Assembly: GCF_009914755.1 (NCBI RefSeq)
Contig: NC_060938.1
Direction: 5' to 3' (one strand)
Source: the human T2T-CHM13v2.0 reference genome, Homo sapiens
DNA length: 64,000 nt
Shown here: in pieces, positions 18,714 through 36,431 of the stretch
Layout of the letters: each line of letters opens with the position of its first letter
Numbering within the stretch: the first letter of the stretch is position 1
The notes under the pieces: model-generated
What the model was told of the DNA's origin: nothing
What the model saw: only the letters and a program-made list of their open reading frames with translations
Databases searched by the model: none
Translations under genes and position numbers: made by a program

Positions 18714-18925
18714 TTTCTTTTTTGCATCAGAATTACTCACAAAAGTTTCAATAGTTTCTAAACTCCAGACCTCAGAGCAGTACCTGTCTACAGTGATGTT
18801 TTCTCCAGTTTAGCGCAATATAGAAAAACAACATACACAATGCAGTAGATTTTTCTTAAATCCAAATTTGTTCCATTTTGAGATTTTGAGGTTTTGTTCT
18901 TTATGCTTTTAGTGTTAAAATGTCC

Positions 18926-19253
<328 letters not shown>

Positions 19254-19595
19254 TAGCTGGGTAATTATGAGAAGCATCTGCATTTTCTTTATTGTGTTGG
19301 TGATGATCTGCACATACCCAAAGAACTAAAAATAAATGGCAGGAAGTCTGACTTCTTTGAAGCTGGGTAAATATTTATTTTCCCAAAGATCGAACCTCCT
19401 TGATACGGATGTAAAGTTACATGAAATGTGCCTTAGGTCTGCAGACTGTGGTCTATGGCTCGAATATACAGGTGGTCAGGATTTACACTGAAACTGTTAG
19501 CTGTAAAATTACTGTCTCCCCCACCGAAAAAAAAATTTCTGCCCCACTCACCTTGATCCACTGCTGGATCATGGCCAGGGCATAAAAGCCACTCC

Positions 19596-19879
19596 GGACT
19601 GGGCGCGTGGCTCACACCTGTAATCCCGGCACCCGAGGTGGCCAGATCACTTGAAGCCAGGAGTTTGAGACCAGCCTGGCCAACAGGGTGAAAACCCATC
19701 TCTACTGAAAATACAAAAATCAGCTGGGCATGGTTGTGCATGTCTGTAGTCTCAGCTACTTGGGTGGCTGAGGCACGAGAATCACTTAAACCTGGGAGCC
19801 AAAGGTTGCAGTGAGCTGAGATCGTGCCACTGCCTGGGCGACAAAGTGGTTTTTCCTGTCTCAGAGTGAAAAAAAAAAA
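19596..19879 (+). mobile_element. Alu with small internal deletions
   Basis: TSD aaaagccactcc / aagagacactcc. Confidence 0.85.
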
Positions 19880-20656
19880 GAGACACTCCCAGTTTGCCCT
19901 GATGCTGCCCTGATTCTATTTCACCTCCAGCCTTGACACACTGAGCAAATGGGCTCCCTTCCCTAAGGCCTACTTCCTCCATCTGGCAAATGGGCAGGAG
20001 CAAGAGAAGGCAGGGAAAGAAGGCTAAATATTGATCCTAACTCTTGTAGTGTCATTAATCCCTGACAAAGGGCCTCAGAGCTCGGCTTGTCTCTAAGCCC
20101 ACTTTTCTCCAATCAGAGGGCCAATATTCCAGGAATAGTCAAGCCATGGGATAAAAACGGAGCATCAACTTTTCCTTAAATCTTTTGGGGAGAAATATGA
20201 ATATACTATGGAGTAGAATGCAACATTTAGATGAACGTTTTTAAAAGAAAAATTCAACTGAAAAGAGATTTCCCAGCTGTGGCTGCTGCTGTAGATCAAG
20301 CTAACCAACTTGGGGTCCAAGTTCGTGCTTCTCTGGCTTAGAGGATGCTCTGATCCTCCAGGTCCTGTGAGGCAAATGTCATTTCCTGGGGGCTCAGCAT
20401 AGGCCAGAGACATTTGGTCAGGAATGAAGATGATTTGTGACAGACAGCAGAGGTAAATTCAGTCCTCCAAGGCCCTGGCAGTCTTCCTTAATGCACCAGG
20501 CACTGGTCTCCAAGCTCAAGACCTTTTGCAGTGAGCCCAGTGAACCACTGTGTGGGCAGTCACTTACAAAGGGGAACTCCAAGAAAAGGACCCTATGTCA
20601 GCTACTCCCTCAAACTCAGGCCGACTTCTCCAATGGGCTCAGTAGACACAGGGCCC

Positions 20657-21106
20657 TGTGGTGGTTAATTTTATGTGTCAACTTGACCTCCCAGGTGCTT
20701 GGCTCAACTTTATTTGGGGTATCCCGTGAGGGTGTTTCTGGCTGGGATTACTATTTGAATCAATAGACTGAGTGAAGCAGACTGCCCTCTCCATGGTGGG
20801 CGGGCCTCATCCAATCTGTTGGAGGTGAGGCCTGAATAGAACCGAAAAAGTGGAGTAAGGGAAAAATCAGGCTCTCTCTACCTGACTGTCCTTTGAGCGG
20901 GACGTCAGCCTTCTCCTGCCTTCGTTCTCGGACTGGAACTCACAGCACTGGCTCTCCTGAGTCTCCAGCTTGCCAAGTGCGGATCATGGGACTTCTCAGC
21001 CTTCAGATACATATGGGGCTGAGACAGTCCCATGATCTGCAGTTGGCTATAAATATCTATCTCCTTCCTATTGGTTCTGTCTCTCTGGAAATTCCAGACT
21101 AATATA
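20657..21106 (+). mobile_element. MLT2 (ERVL) solo LTR
   Basis: Starts tgtggtggttaattttatgtgtcaacttgac, ends ctattggttctgtctctctggaaattccagactaatata; exact TSD ggccc (20652-20656, 21107-21111). Confidence 0.88.
20972..21047 (-). ncRNA. MIR5694: MIR5694 precursor hairpin; mature CAGAUCAUGGGACUGUCUCAG at 21019-21039
   Basis: 76-nt near-perfect stem-loop visible in sequence; mature sequence recognised from memory as hsa-miR-5694, consistent with the TMEM229B neighbourhood. Confidence 0.8.
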
Positions 21107-21372
21107 GGCCCTCTACTTTTAGGGGACCACGAAAATGTTTTAATTTTAATTTCTTTTAAAATTAGAAGAAGATGACTATAATAGTAATGAATACATACAA
21201 ATGAATCAAGTTTGGATTCAATTTGTCTTTATGCCAATGTAGTCACAAAATATAATTTTTAATATATTTTTATGGAAGAATGGGCCCACAGAGGCATAAG
21301 TGCCTAAGCGCCATGAAAGCCATGATGTGGCCCTGCTGACACTCTGCAGCACCCCATCCTTGAGGGTTAGGA

Positions 21373-21455
21373 GGTCAACCCACTGAACCAAGGGGTACAC
21401 ATTGCTTCCTTGCACCTGGGAGCCTACGTGCACCCGTTGGTTCAGTGGGTTGGCC
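21373..21455. repeat. Inverted repeat hairpin, 28-bp arms (25/28 identical), 27-nt loop
   Basis: ggtcaacccactgaaccaaggggtacac versus gtgcacccgttggttcagtgggttggcc. Confidence 0.92.
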
Positions 21456-22054
21456 AGAATGGTGTTTCTACTGCCTTCCACTGACCTTGAAGAAGAGGTT
21501 ATTTTTGGAGCTATTGTCTTGAGTTTTATCTATTAATAGAAAAATTGTGTGTGTGTGTACTTCTACCTAGCGGTCCAGAAGGCAGAGTGAACGAGAAGCA
21601 GGCCTAAGATAAGGAACAGCTTCTCCTTCCAAAGAAGGTGACTACCAAGGAGCACTCGTCCCTGCCTCCACAACCAGTTTTCCTCTGTGTCCTGTCCTGG
21701 TTCTTGTCTAATTAGGTTGACCTCTCTCTCCTGTAGACCAGGACCAAGCATTCAGTGAGCATACATGACGTGTCAGATACTGTTCAGGGACAGCAAAGGT
21801 AAACAACAGGACACCTGCAGCCTTCAGAGGCAAACAGCCTTGTAAACAAGCAGTCAGAGCTGAGTACAAGTGCTGTGGGAAGACACAGCTTAATTCTGCC
21901 TGGATACCCTGTGAAGGGTGTGGAAGGACGAACATGTGACCTTAGGGAAAACAGGCAGGTGTATCCTTCCAGCCTCCCAAAGGGAAGATTTTGTTGTGTG
22001 TGAGGAATGTCAGAAATGTAATAAAGCCAACGACGTTATATTAAATGAGTTCTG

Positions 22055-22481
<427 letters not shown>

Positions 22482-22735
22482 CTACCACTACCACAAAGTA
22501 TGTTTGCCCCACAACCTTTTTAATCACCTGCAATTTTGACAGGAAAAGAAAGGAAAGAAGGCATTTCAAGCCGATGGCAAGGCACAAAGGGTAGGAGGGC
22601 CAGTGTTCTGGGAATGACAGGTAGTCCTGTACAGTCAGAAGGAGGGATGCATTCCAAAGTACAGTGGAGGGACAGGCATAGGATAGACATTTAGGAAAAA
22701 AAAAAAGAAAGAAAGAAAAGAGAAATAAAAATGTA

Positions 22736-22910
22736 GGTACCAGACACAGTGGTGCACACCTCCAGTCCCAGGTACTCAGGAGGCTGAGATGGGAGGATTT
22801 CTGGAGGCCAGGGGTTCAAGGCTATGATCATGCCTGTGAATAGCCACTGCACTCCAGCCTGGGCAACATAGTGAGATAACATCTCTAAAAAATAAAAAGA
22901 AAAAAATAGA
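22736..22910 (+). mobile_element. FAM (fossil Alu monomer)
   Basis: 7SL-type gcctgtgaatagccactgcactccagcctgggcaacatag in a monomer. Confidence 0.7.
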
Positions 22911-22978
22911 TGCAGGAATGGCATGTCCCCAGTTAAGCCTCTCGTCCTGGATGGGATGAGGAAACAGGTACAGAGAAA

Positions 22979-23454
22979 TGTGAAAGGAAAATAAATCTTG
23001 GGGCCCCTAAATCACTAAGCTAAAGGGAAAAGTCAAGCTGGGAACTGCTCAGGGCAAATCCCCCTCCCATTCTATTCAGAGTCACCCCTCTGCTCACTGA
23101 GATAAGTGTATATCTGATTGCCTTCTTTGGAGAGGCTAATCAGAAACTCAAAACAATGCAACCATTTGTCTCTTATCCACCTATGATCTGGAAGCCCACT
23201 CCCCACTTCCCCTTCATCTTGAGTTGTCCCAGCTTTCCGGACTGAAATAATGTACATCTTACACATATGTATTGATGTCTTATGTCTCCCTAAAATGTAT
23301 AAAACCAAGCTGTGCCCCGACCACCTTGAGCATATGTTGTCAGGACCTCCTGAGGCTGTGTCATGGGCATGCATCCTCAACTTTTTGCTAAGGTTTATTG
23401 GCAAAATAAACTTTCTAAATTAACTGAGACCTGCTCAGATTTTTGGAGTTCACA
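22979..23454 (+). mobile_element. MER4A/MER4A1 ERV1 solo LTR
   Basis: Starts tgtgaaaggaaaataaatcttgggg...gtcaagctgggaactgc; aataaa near 23405; exact 4-bp TSD gaaa. Confidence 0.85.
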
Positions 23455-23584
23455 GAAAGGAGCATTCTTGCTTTTCAGTGGAGGAGAGTGGCCCCTTTCT
23501 GGTAAGTGTGATGAAGTATGCATTCAGAGCATGTTTTTCAGCCTCTGAGCTATAATCATCCCAGCCAATTTAGGAACCATATAG

Positions 23585-24630
<1,046 letters not shown>

Positions 24631-24694
24631 AACATGCAGAGAGAAATGATAATTCCCAAGAAACAGCCTCAACCTGGTTTAAGAGAGGCAATTC

Positions 24695-25003
24695 TTTTTT
24701 TTTTTTTTTTTTTTTTTTTGAGATAGGGTCTTGCTCTGTCACCCAGGCTGGAGTGCAGTGACATGATCATAGCTCACTGCAGCCTTGACTTCCAGGCTCA
24801 AATGATCCTCCCACCTCAGTCCTCCTAAGTAGCTGGTACTACAGATGAGTGCCACTACACCTGGCTAATTTTTGTATTTTTTTTGTAGAGATGGGATTTT
24901 GCCATGTTGCCCAGACTGGTCTTGAACTCCTGAACTCAAGTGATCCATCGTCCTTGGCCTCCCAAGGTGCTGGCATTAGAGGCATGAGCCTCCCTGCTCA
25001 GCC
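24695..25003 (-). mobile_element. Alu (AluJ-like)
   Basis: TSD aagagaggcaattc / aagggaggcaattc. Confidence 0.9.
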
Positions 25004-25937
25004 TAAGGGAGGCAATTCACACAGCAGCTCATGTACTTCACAGTTTGCTTGTGGCTAATGTCAAGTCCTTTGTCTTTGGAGTCTAGCCTGTAAGAAACAG
25101 TTCAAAAAATAGGGCTTCCCAGGAAAACCAGATCTTTTGTTCATTTTAATGGCAAGATGGGAGGCCCAGATAGAGGGTCTGGAATATACAAACTCTCCCA
25201 GCTCTCATGGGAGGCAGATCCTCTGGGAGGATGTGAAAAAGAAGAGGCAGGACCAGTTTTAGCTTGGCTTTTTCCCTGATGCACTCGGCGCCTTTGGGCA
25301 AATTGCTCCCCTCTTGGGCTTCAGTTTTCTCATCTGTAAAATAAACAGTACCAGACTTGATGATTGCTTAGGTCCACCTGCCCCAAGAGCAGAATTCCAT
25401 GGCTCTAAACTCAAGAAGAGTGCCCCCAGAGATTGTTAGGAGATCAGTAAATAGCTGGACACAAAGTTCATCTCATTGAATAACTATGAGTGTTGAATAA
25501 AGGAATATTTCAGGGAAGCCAACAGCCTCCAAATTACTCCTGCCCTGCCCCTGAGCCAGATGCATTCCATGAAACCAAAATCAGAGAAACAGAGTGATGA
25601 GGTGCTGACCTCCGGGTCAGCAGAGGCTGTGCTCCTGGTAGTTAGAAGGGTGTCCTGCCAAGCACGCCAGCCACTGCAGTCCTGGCTTCTCCCCAGAATG
25701 TCCTTTCCCAGGAGGGGCAGCACAGTCACCACCTACCCTTCTGATGAGCCATTAGGACACTGAAGCCCATTCAACGTGACATGGCGCAGAGCAGGGAGGG
25801 AGAGCCACTATGCTGGGTGACAGAATCAGGATTCAAAAATATGCCGCTGACTTGAAAGGTGGGCTGAAGCTAACAGGGTTATATTTAATAGGGAGAAATG
25901 AGGATCCTAAGCTCAGATCCAAAAAGATCAACTAGAC

Positions 25938-26120
25938 CAGGGGTTGGCGAACTACCAGCTGCAGCCTGCTGCCTGTCTTTGTAAAAGAAAGTTTTTTTTT
26001 TTGGATCACAGCCACGTCCATTTGTTTGTAGGCTCTCTATGGCTGCTTTTACGCTGCAGTGGCAGGGTTGGGTAGTCACACAGGGACTACAGAGCCTAAA
26101 ATATTTACTGCCTGGCTGGC
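25938..26120. mobile_element. MER58A-like hAT-Charlie MITE
   Basis: caggggttggcgaact...cacagccacgtccatttgttt...agcctaaaatatttact. Confidence 0.7.
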
Positions 26121-26153
26121 CCCTAAATTAGATAAGGAAGTCCATATGGGGAG

Positions 26154-26512
26154 TGTCTTAGTCTGTTTACACTGCTTTAATGAAATACCACAAACTAGGT
26201 GGTTTATAAACAACAGAAATTTATTTCTCACAGTTCTGGAGACTGAGAAGGACAAGATTGAGGTATCGGCAGGTTCAGTGTCTGGCAAGGGCTCACTTCC
26301 TGGTTCAAAGATAGCACCTTCTGCTGTGTCCTTACATGGTGAGATGAGGGGATCTCTCTCAGGCCTAATTCACAAGGGCACTAATCTCATTCTCAAATAT
26401 TCCACCCTCATGACCTAATCACCTCCCCAAGCCCCACTTCCTAATACCATCAGCTTGGAGGTTAAAGTTTAAACATAAATTTGGGGGGAACACAAACATT
26501 CACACTATAGCA
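26154..26512 (-). mobile_element. MLT1A-type MaLR solo LTR
   Basis: tgtcttagtctgttt...ataaacaacagaaatttatttctcacagttctgg...cacaaacattcacactatagca; TSD gggag / ggaag. Confidence 0.8.
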
Positions 26513-26799
26513 GGAAGATTTGAATTTAAAGCAATTCAAGTGAAAAAGATAAAGAAAAAAAGAAGATGAAAGATTATTATTTAGCTTGCATTAATAGCAT
26601 TATGATAGTAAGACAAAGACTGTGTTAGATAGGTAGGTCTCTTTTAGATGTAGGTGATGAAAAGTAATAGAAAACTAGCTCAGCACAGGAGGGATATATT
26701 GGGAGGGTGACCAGGAGAAGGCAGATGAGCCTCAGGACCACTTCTCCTATAGCCACTTCTCGCTTGGTACAGACCGGCTTCTGTGAGTGGCAAAAAAAT

Positions 26800-27476
<677 letters not shown>

Positions 27477-28852
27477 ATATCATAGCCCATTCTATATTGA
27501 TCAATGTAGCTACCAATTGCTGTTGAATTGTATATTTTACCATTTCAGTCACCAGAGAGGTATTCAAAAACAAACATCCCTATAAATGAATTGATTGGAG
27601 CAGCTTAAATTTGGTGCCAACCTCTTAGCCAACCAGCTGGCCTTGGGAACAGAATCATAGGTGAGTGTGGCAGCCCCTACAAGGACTGCATGGGTGAAGT
27701 TTGGGGAAGGGGGATGGTTTGCAGTTTCCAGAAGGAAGCCTGGAGGGATGGTGGGGGGCTGTGGAGGGGAGAGAGAGCAAAGGGAGACTACAGACAATAA
27801 TGCTGCCCTACTGATCACAAACACTTCAGTGTCACGCTCTCAGCATAGTATTTTAAATGGAATCCTGAGTCAGGATTCCTGACAAATCCATTAGAACAGA
27901 CTGGAAACAGAGGGAGTAGGGCAATGAGGAAAAGGCCTTAAGAAGCCTTAAAGAACCTTGACCTAAGAGGTAGAATTGGAGGAAGTGGGGCTATTTAATC
28001 TTGAAAATAGAAGACTTGGCAGGAACACAGTGATTCTCTTCATGGCTGTGAAAGACCATCCCATGAGGGGAATACTGTGACACTCCAAAGGGCCAAACTA
28101 GGCGTGGAAGGTGTCACGACAGAAAAGTCAGATTGTAGCCCAACTTCAGGAGGAGCTTCTGTCCATGATAGCCAACCAGGAAGGGCCCAGACCCTTTTAG
28201 GAAGGGAGAAGCTGGCATCATGAGGACACACCAGCCAATTCTGCTCAGACTGCTGAAGATGGGATTCCTGCATTTTTGGACTGCTTGTTCTATCTGCACA
28301 TTCCTCTCCAATACTAAGAGTCTGAAAATTAACTTAAATTGGTCATTCAGTCTGGCCAAGAGGATCCAGGAGGTGCTAACTGCAGCCGAGGCCAAATGAG
28401 CTCTACTGTGAAGGAGGATAGAGGCTGCATTGGATATGATCCACTTGTCCAGAAGCCAGCCTCTGCCCTCTCAGAGCCCAGAAGCTTTAGAAGAGGGTTG
28501 TGGTAGGCACTCGGGAGGGCCTGGGAAAGATGCTCTTTCATGGCACTCTTGTCACTGATCCTTGAACCCAAGGCTAGAAGGCAGGGTGTGGGGAAGTGGG
28601 GTGGCAAGGAGGAGGGAGTCTCCTGACAATGGTCCCCTGTATCTTGTAGGCTGACAGGCAGGGACAACACACACTCAGAAACAATGCAGAGGCTCAGATA
28701 GTGCTATGTGGTATAGCATCAAGGCCTTCTCCCATCATTTGCCAGTTGAGGCCTAATATGGTTTGGCTCTGTGTTCCCGCCCAAATCTCATCTTGTAGCT
28801 CCCATAATTCCCATGTATTGTGGGAGGAACCCAGTGGGAGATGACTGAATCA

Positions 28853-29553
<701 letters not shown>

Positions 29554-31116
29554 CTAGAGACTTGTTGAATGGCTTTGCCTAAAATGATGATAGTGATATG
29601 GACAATAAAGTCAGGCTGAGGTGGTCTCAGATGGAAATGAGGAACTTGTTGGGAATTGGAACAAATGTGACTCTTCTTACGTCTTAGTAAAGAGAATGGT
29701 GGCATTTTGCCCCTGCCCTAGAGATTTGTGGAACTTTGAACTTGAGAGAGTTGATTTAGGACATCTGGTGGAAGAAACTTCTAAGTAGCAAAGCATTTAA
29801 GAGGTGACTTGAGTGCTGTTAAAGGCATTCAGTTTTATAAGGGAAGCAGAGCATAAAAGTTCAGAAAATTTGCAGACTGACAATGCGATAGAAAAGAAAA
29901 TCCCATTCTCTGAGGAGAAATTCAAGCTGGCTGCAGAAATTTGCATAAGTAACGAGGAGTTGAATGTTAATCCCCAAGACAATGGGGAAAATGTCTCCAG
30001 GGCATGTCAGAGGTCTTCATGGCAGCCCCTCCCATCACAGGCCCAGAGGCCTAGGAGGAAAAAGTGGTTTTGTGAGCCAGGCCTAGGGTCCCCCGTGCTG
30101 TGTGCAGCCTAGGGACTTGGTGCCTTATGTCCCAGCTGTTCTAGCCATGGCTGAAAGGGGCCAACATAGAGCTCAGGCTGTGGCTTCAGAGGGTGCAAGT
30201 CTCAAGCCTTGGCAGCTTCCACATGGTGTTGAGCCTGTGAGTGCACAGAAGTCAAGAACTGGGGTTTGGGACCCTCCTCCTAGATTTCAGAAAATGTAGG
30301 GAAATGCCTGGATGCACAGAAAGAAGTTTTCTGCAGGGGCGGGGCCCTCATGGAGAACCTCTGCTAGGGCATTGTGGAAGGGAAATGTGGAGTCAGAGCC
30401 TCCACAGAGAGTCCCTACTGGGGTATCTCCTAGTGGAGCTGTGAGAAGAGGGCCACCATCCTCCAGGCCCCAGAATGGTAGATCCAACAGCAGCTTGCAC
30501 CCGTCACCTGGAAAAGCCACAGACACTCAATGCCAGTCTGTGAAAGCAGCCAGGAGAAGGGCTATACATGCAAAGCCACAAGGGCAGAGCTGCTCAAGAC
30601 CATGGGAACCTTCCTCTTGCATCAGTGTGATCTGGATGTGAGACATGGAATCAAAAGAGATCATTTTGGAGCTTTAAGCTTTGACTGCCCCACTGGATTT
30701 CAGACTTGCATGGGGCCTGTAGCCCTTTTGTTTTGGCCAATTTCTCCCATTTGGAATGGCTGTATTTACCCAATGCCTGTACCCCCATTGTATCTAGGAA
30801 GTAACTTACTTGCTTTTGATTTTACAGGCTCATAGATAGAAGGGGCTTGCCTTGTCTTGGATGAGACTTTGGACTGTGGACTTTTGAGCTAATGCTGAAA
30901 TGAGTTAGGACTTTGAGGGACTGTTGGGACGGCATGATTGATTTTGAAATGCGAAGATAGGAGATTCGGGAGGGGCCAGGGGTGGAATGATATGGTTTGG
31001 CTCTGTGTCTCCACCCAATTCTCATCTTGTAGCTCCCATAATTCCCGTGTGTTGTGGGAGGAACCTGGTGAGAGATGATTGAATCATCAGGGTGGGTCTT
31101 TCCCATGCTGTTCTCA

Positions 31117-31500
<384 letters not shown>

Positions 31501-31739
31501 TCACCATCCATGTAAGTTGTGACTTGCTTCTCCTTGCCTTCTGTCATGATTGTGAGGCATTCCCAGCCATATGGAACTGTAAGTCATTAAACCTCTTTCT
31601 TTTGTAAATTGCCCAGTCTCCGCTATGTCTTTATCAGCAGCATGAAAATGCACCAATACAAGGTCCAAGTGGCCCTGTGCCTTAACTTACTGGCAGGACT
31701 AGGATCAGAACTCTCCTCTTCCAGGTTTTATAGGAAGCA

Positions 31740-32070
31740 GGGCAGTGTGGGGTAGTGGTTAGGAGCAAAGAGGAGAGCCAGGCCATCTAGGTTTGAATCT
31801 TGACTCTTGTTACTTATCATCTGTGTGACCTGGAGCAAGTTAATTTCTCTCTCTGTGCCCAGTTTCTCGATTATAAGACATGTCTAGAGACAGCATCTAC
31901 CTCAGAGACCTGTTTTAAGTATTGGAATGGTTACTATTTCCAGGGCTCAGATATGGTAAGTATTTGCCCAAGATCACATAGACAGGAAGAGGCAGATCCA
32001 GAAATGGAACCCAAATCTGCTGGATCCTGAAACCTGAGCTTTTTCTCCCTCCAACCCTAGCCATGCTACC
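31740..32070. mobile_element. Two MIR fragments in opposite orientation
   Basis: Plus gtagtggttaggagc...tgtgtgacctggagcaagtt, then minus ttgcccaagatcacatag. Confidence 0.55.
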
Positions 32071-32959
32071 TTCCTCAGCCCACACAAGGAAATTTTTTCT
32101 GCTACTGTCTAGGGCATGGGGGTCTCCCTTGGTCAAGCCTGTGTGTGCTAGACACTTGAGAATTTTCTGTCTTCACACATGGGGAAATGGAGGCACAGTA
32201 CTGTCACAGTGACATGTCGCCCCAGGAAGGGGTACTGAGTAGCTGAGCCTGTGCCAGATGTCTTTTGGGTCAAGCACTTGAGATGAAAGTAACCAAATAG
32301 TATGCTCAAATGCTGCTCCAATTATCCCCCGGGGGGTCAGCTTGGGCCTAGGGCTCTGTCAAGGAGGCTGGGTTGACTAGTCAAAGTGCCCCTCTTCCTG
32401 GCTTCAGAGGCATCCTGAGCCTGCCAGCCATTGTGCAAAGGAAGGCCCTGAGGGAAGGAGCAGGAGAGCCTGGGTGAAGGAGAGCCAGGAAAAGTATCCT
32501 GCCCTCCCAGCTGAGACAGAGGGCCTGCCTGGGGCTCCCTGTCCTGCACACACCTCCCATCAGCCTGCTCAGGTACCCGGGATGCTGACATGCTGAATCC
32601 TTGAACAACCTTTCCTTAGGTCTGGCTGTCGCCTTCCTGCCCATCAGGGATGTATAAATAGATTTTAGCTGCACCTATTTTTGCCCCCAAAAGATGCTGA
32701 TGGCCTGAGCTGTTCCTAATCTCATGCCAGGTCAGGATGGTGTCCCTGTCTCAGAAACTATGGTGGGTTAGAGGTTCAGAGCTGGGATGAGAAGCAGCGG
32801 GTGGAGAGGGGGCGGCTGAGTCAGAAATGTGCATGTAGGGCCACCATCTGCTGGGCCTTGGCTGAGGTTCCAGAGCTGTGGAGAGAGGGGCAGAGGAGGT
32901 GACCCAGGCTTAGAGCTCAGCCGTGAGTGTCAGAAGACACAGGACACAGTGAGCATGGC

Positions 32960-33390
32960 TGTGACTGTAGATCCTGGCTCTGCCACTTGTCAGCTAGCTG
33001 AACTTTGGCAACCTCTTGGAGCCTCAGCTTTCTCATCTGAAAATGGAGGAGAATCATACCTCCCTCTCAGGAGGGCCTTAAAAAAGGTATCAAGTCCTTA
33101 GGTTAGCACCAGCAGCAGAGCGAGGGCTGGCTTGAAGGCAGCAAGACAGACTTCTGGAACCAAACTCTTTGGGTTAAAAGCCTCACGGTGTCACTTACAG
33201 GTTGTGTCCCCTGGGGGGCAGGGTAGGGGGGTACTTAACCTCTCTGCTCTTCAGTTTCCTCATCTGTAAAATAGACATAGTAATGGTTAAATGTTTCATG
33301 CAATTGTTATAAGAATTTAAATGGCTTAATGCTTACAAGGCACTTAGAACAATGCTTGACACAAATCATGAGCACCTACTAAATACATAG
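32960..33390 (+). mobile_element. MIR fragments
   Basis: gcctcagctttctcatctgaaaatgg; cagtttcctcatctgtaaaata...ggcacttagaacaatgc. Confidence 0.65.
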
Positions 33391-33654
33391 CTGACATGCT
33401 TGTTCATGCTTATAAACCTATGCACTATGCAGTTTTACCTGTTGAAATTCCTTCCCAGCATCTGATGAACAAATCCTCCTTGAAACTGTCATCCCTCCGT
33501 CTTCTAAGGATGATACCTTAAATTTTGTTTTTCTTCATGTGACGCTAACTGCATGGCATCCCCTCACCTTCGTGTCTCCTTCTTCTTGGAATGTCAGCTG
33601 GGGCTTCCTGAGTCTGTAGAACTCCGAACACTCATCCCATGTACTCTGATCTCC

Positions 33655-34278
<624 letters not shown>

Positions 34279-35016
34279 TGAGCACGGTCAGATGCTGCCA
34301 GCCTGTCTGCTGCTGCCCAGCCTCGCCAAGGTGCTGGCCAGGTCTGGCTGTAGCCCTGCGGCCCACCCTCGTTCTCACCCTCCTCACATTTGGCTGCCCC
34401 TCAGTTTCTCATCCCCACCTGTTCCCTCCCACCCCAAGGCCTTTCCTGTGCCATCCCCTCTGTCTGCAGTATTCTTCCTTCCCCACTGTGGCTCGCAGTT
34501 AATGACCTCTCCTTTTAGATCTTGATGCAATTGTGACTTCCTCCAGGGAGCCTTCCCTGACCACCCTGACTAGATCAAATCCCCCACTGCAGATGCTCCT
34601 AGAACTATGTGCTCCTATCTTGTAGTTCTGACATACACATCATGTGATATCTAATTCTCATCTCTCCTATGGATCAAAAACAGGATTTAAAAAATAACAG
34701 AATTAATAAATAATAAATGAAAAGCTAGGAACATGTGCATGTTAATCCTGAGACACTATGGAAATTTCTGCTTCCCTTTAAAGTCATTTAAAATAATCAT
34801 TTATTTATAATTATTTATAACTATCATTTACCATATATAATAAATTGCTAAAGGGTTCATTTGTTTCTTTTTTCAATCATTCCACACATATTAATTAAGC
34901 ACCTGCTTTGGGTCAGGTGCAATTTCCAGCACTAGGAGGAGAAAGCAGTGAAAGATATGATCCCTACCCTCTGGAGCTTACATTTGGGTAGAGAAGACAG
35001 AATAAAGAAACAAACA

Positions 35017-36420
<1,404 letters not shown>

Positions 36421-36431
36421 AGAAACAAACA

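Larger units (their letters stand above)
20617..21335 (+). mobile_element. ORSL-like hAT-Tip100 MITE split by an MLT2 LTR
   Basis: Terminal inverted ends caggcc...ggccctg; internal tacttttaggggaccacgaaaatgttttaatt; degenerate 8-bp TSD ctcaaact / ctgacact. Confidence 0.55.

Noticed and set aside
29813-30835. Cluster of ~100-aa plus-strand ORFs
   Set aside because: Frameshifted fragments of the THE1 internal region
32817-32823. AP-1 (TGAGTCA) and ETS (CGGAAGT) motifs here and elsewhere
   Set aside because: Short motifs occurring repeatedly with no evident clustering; unsupported without chromatin data
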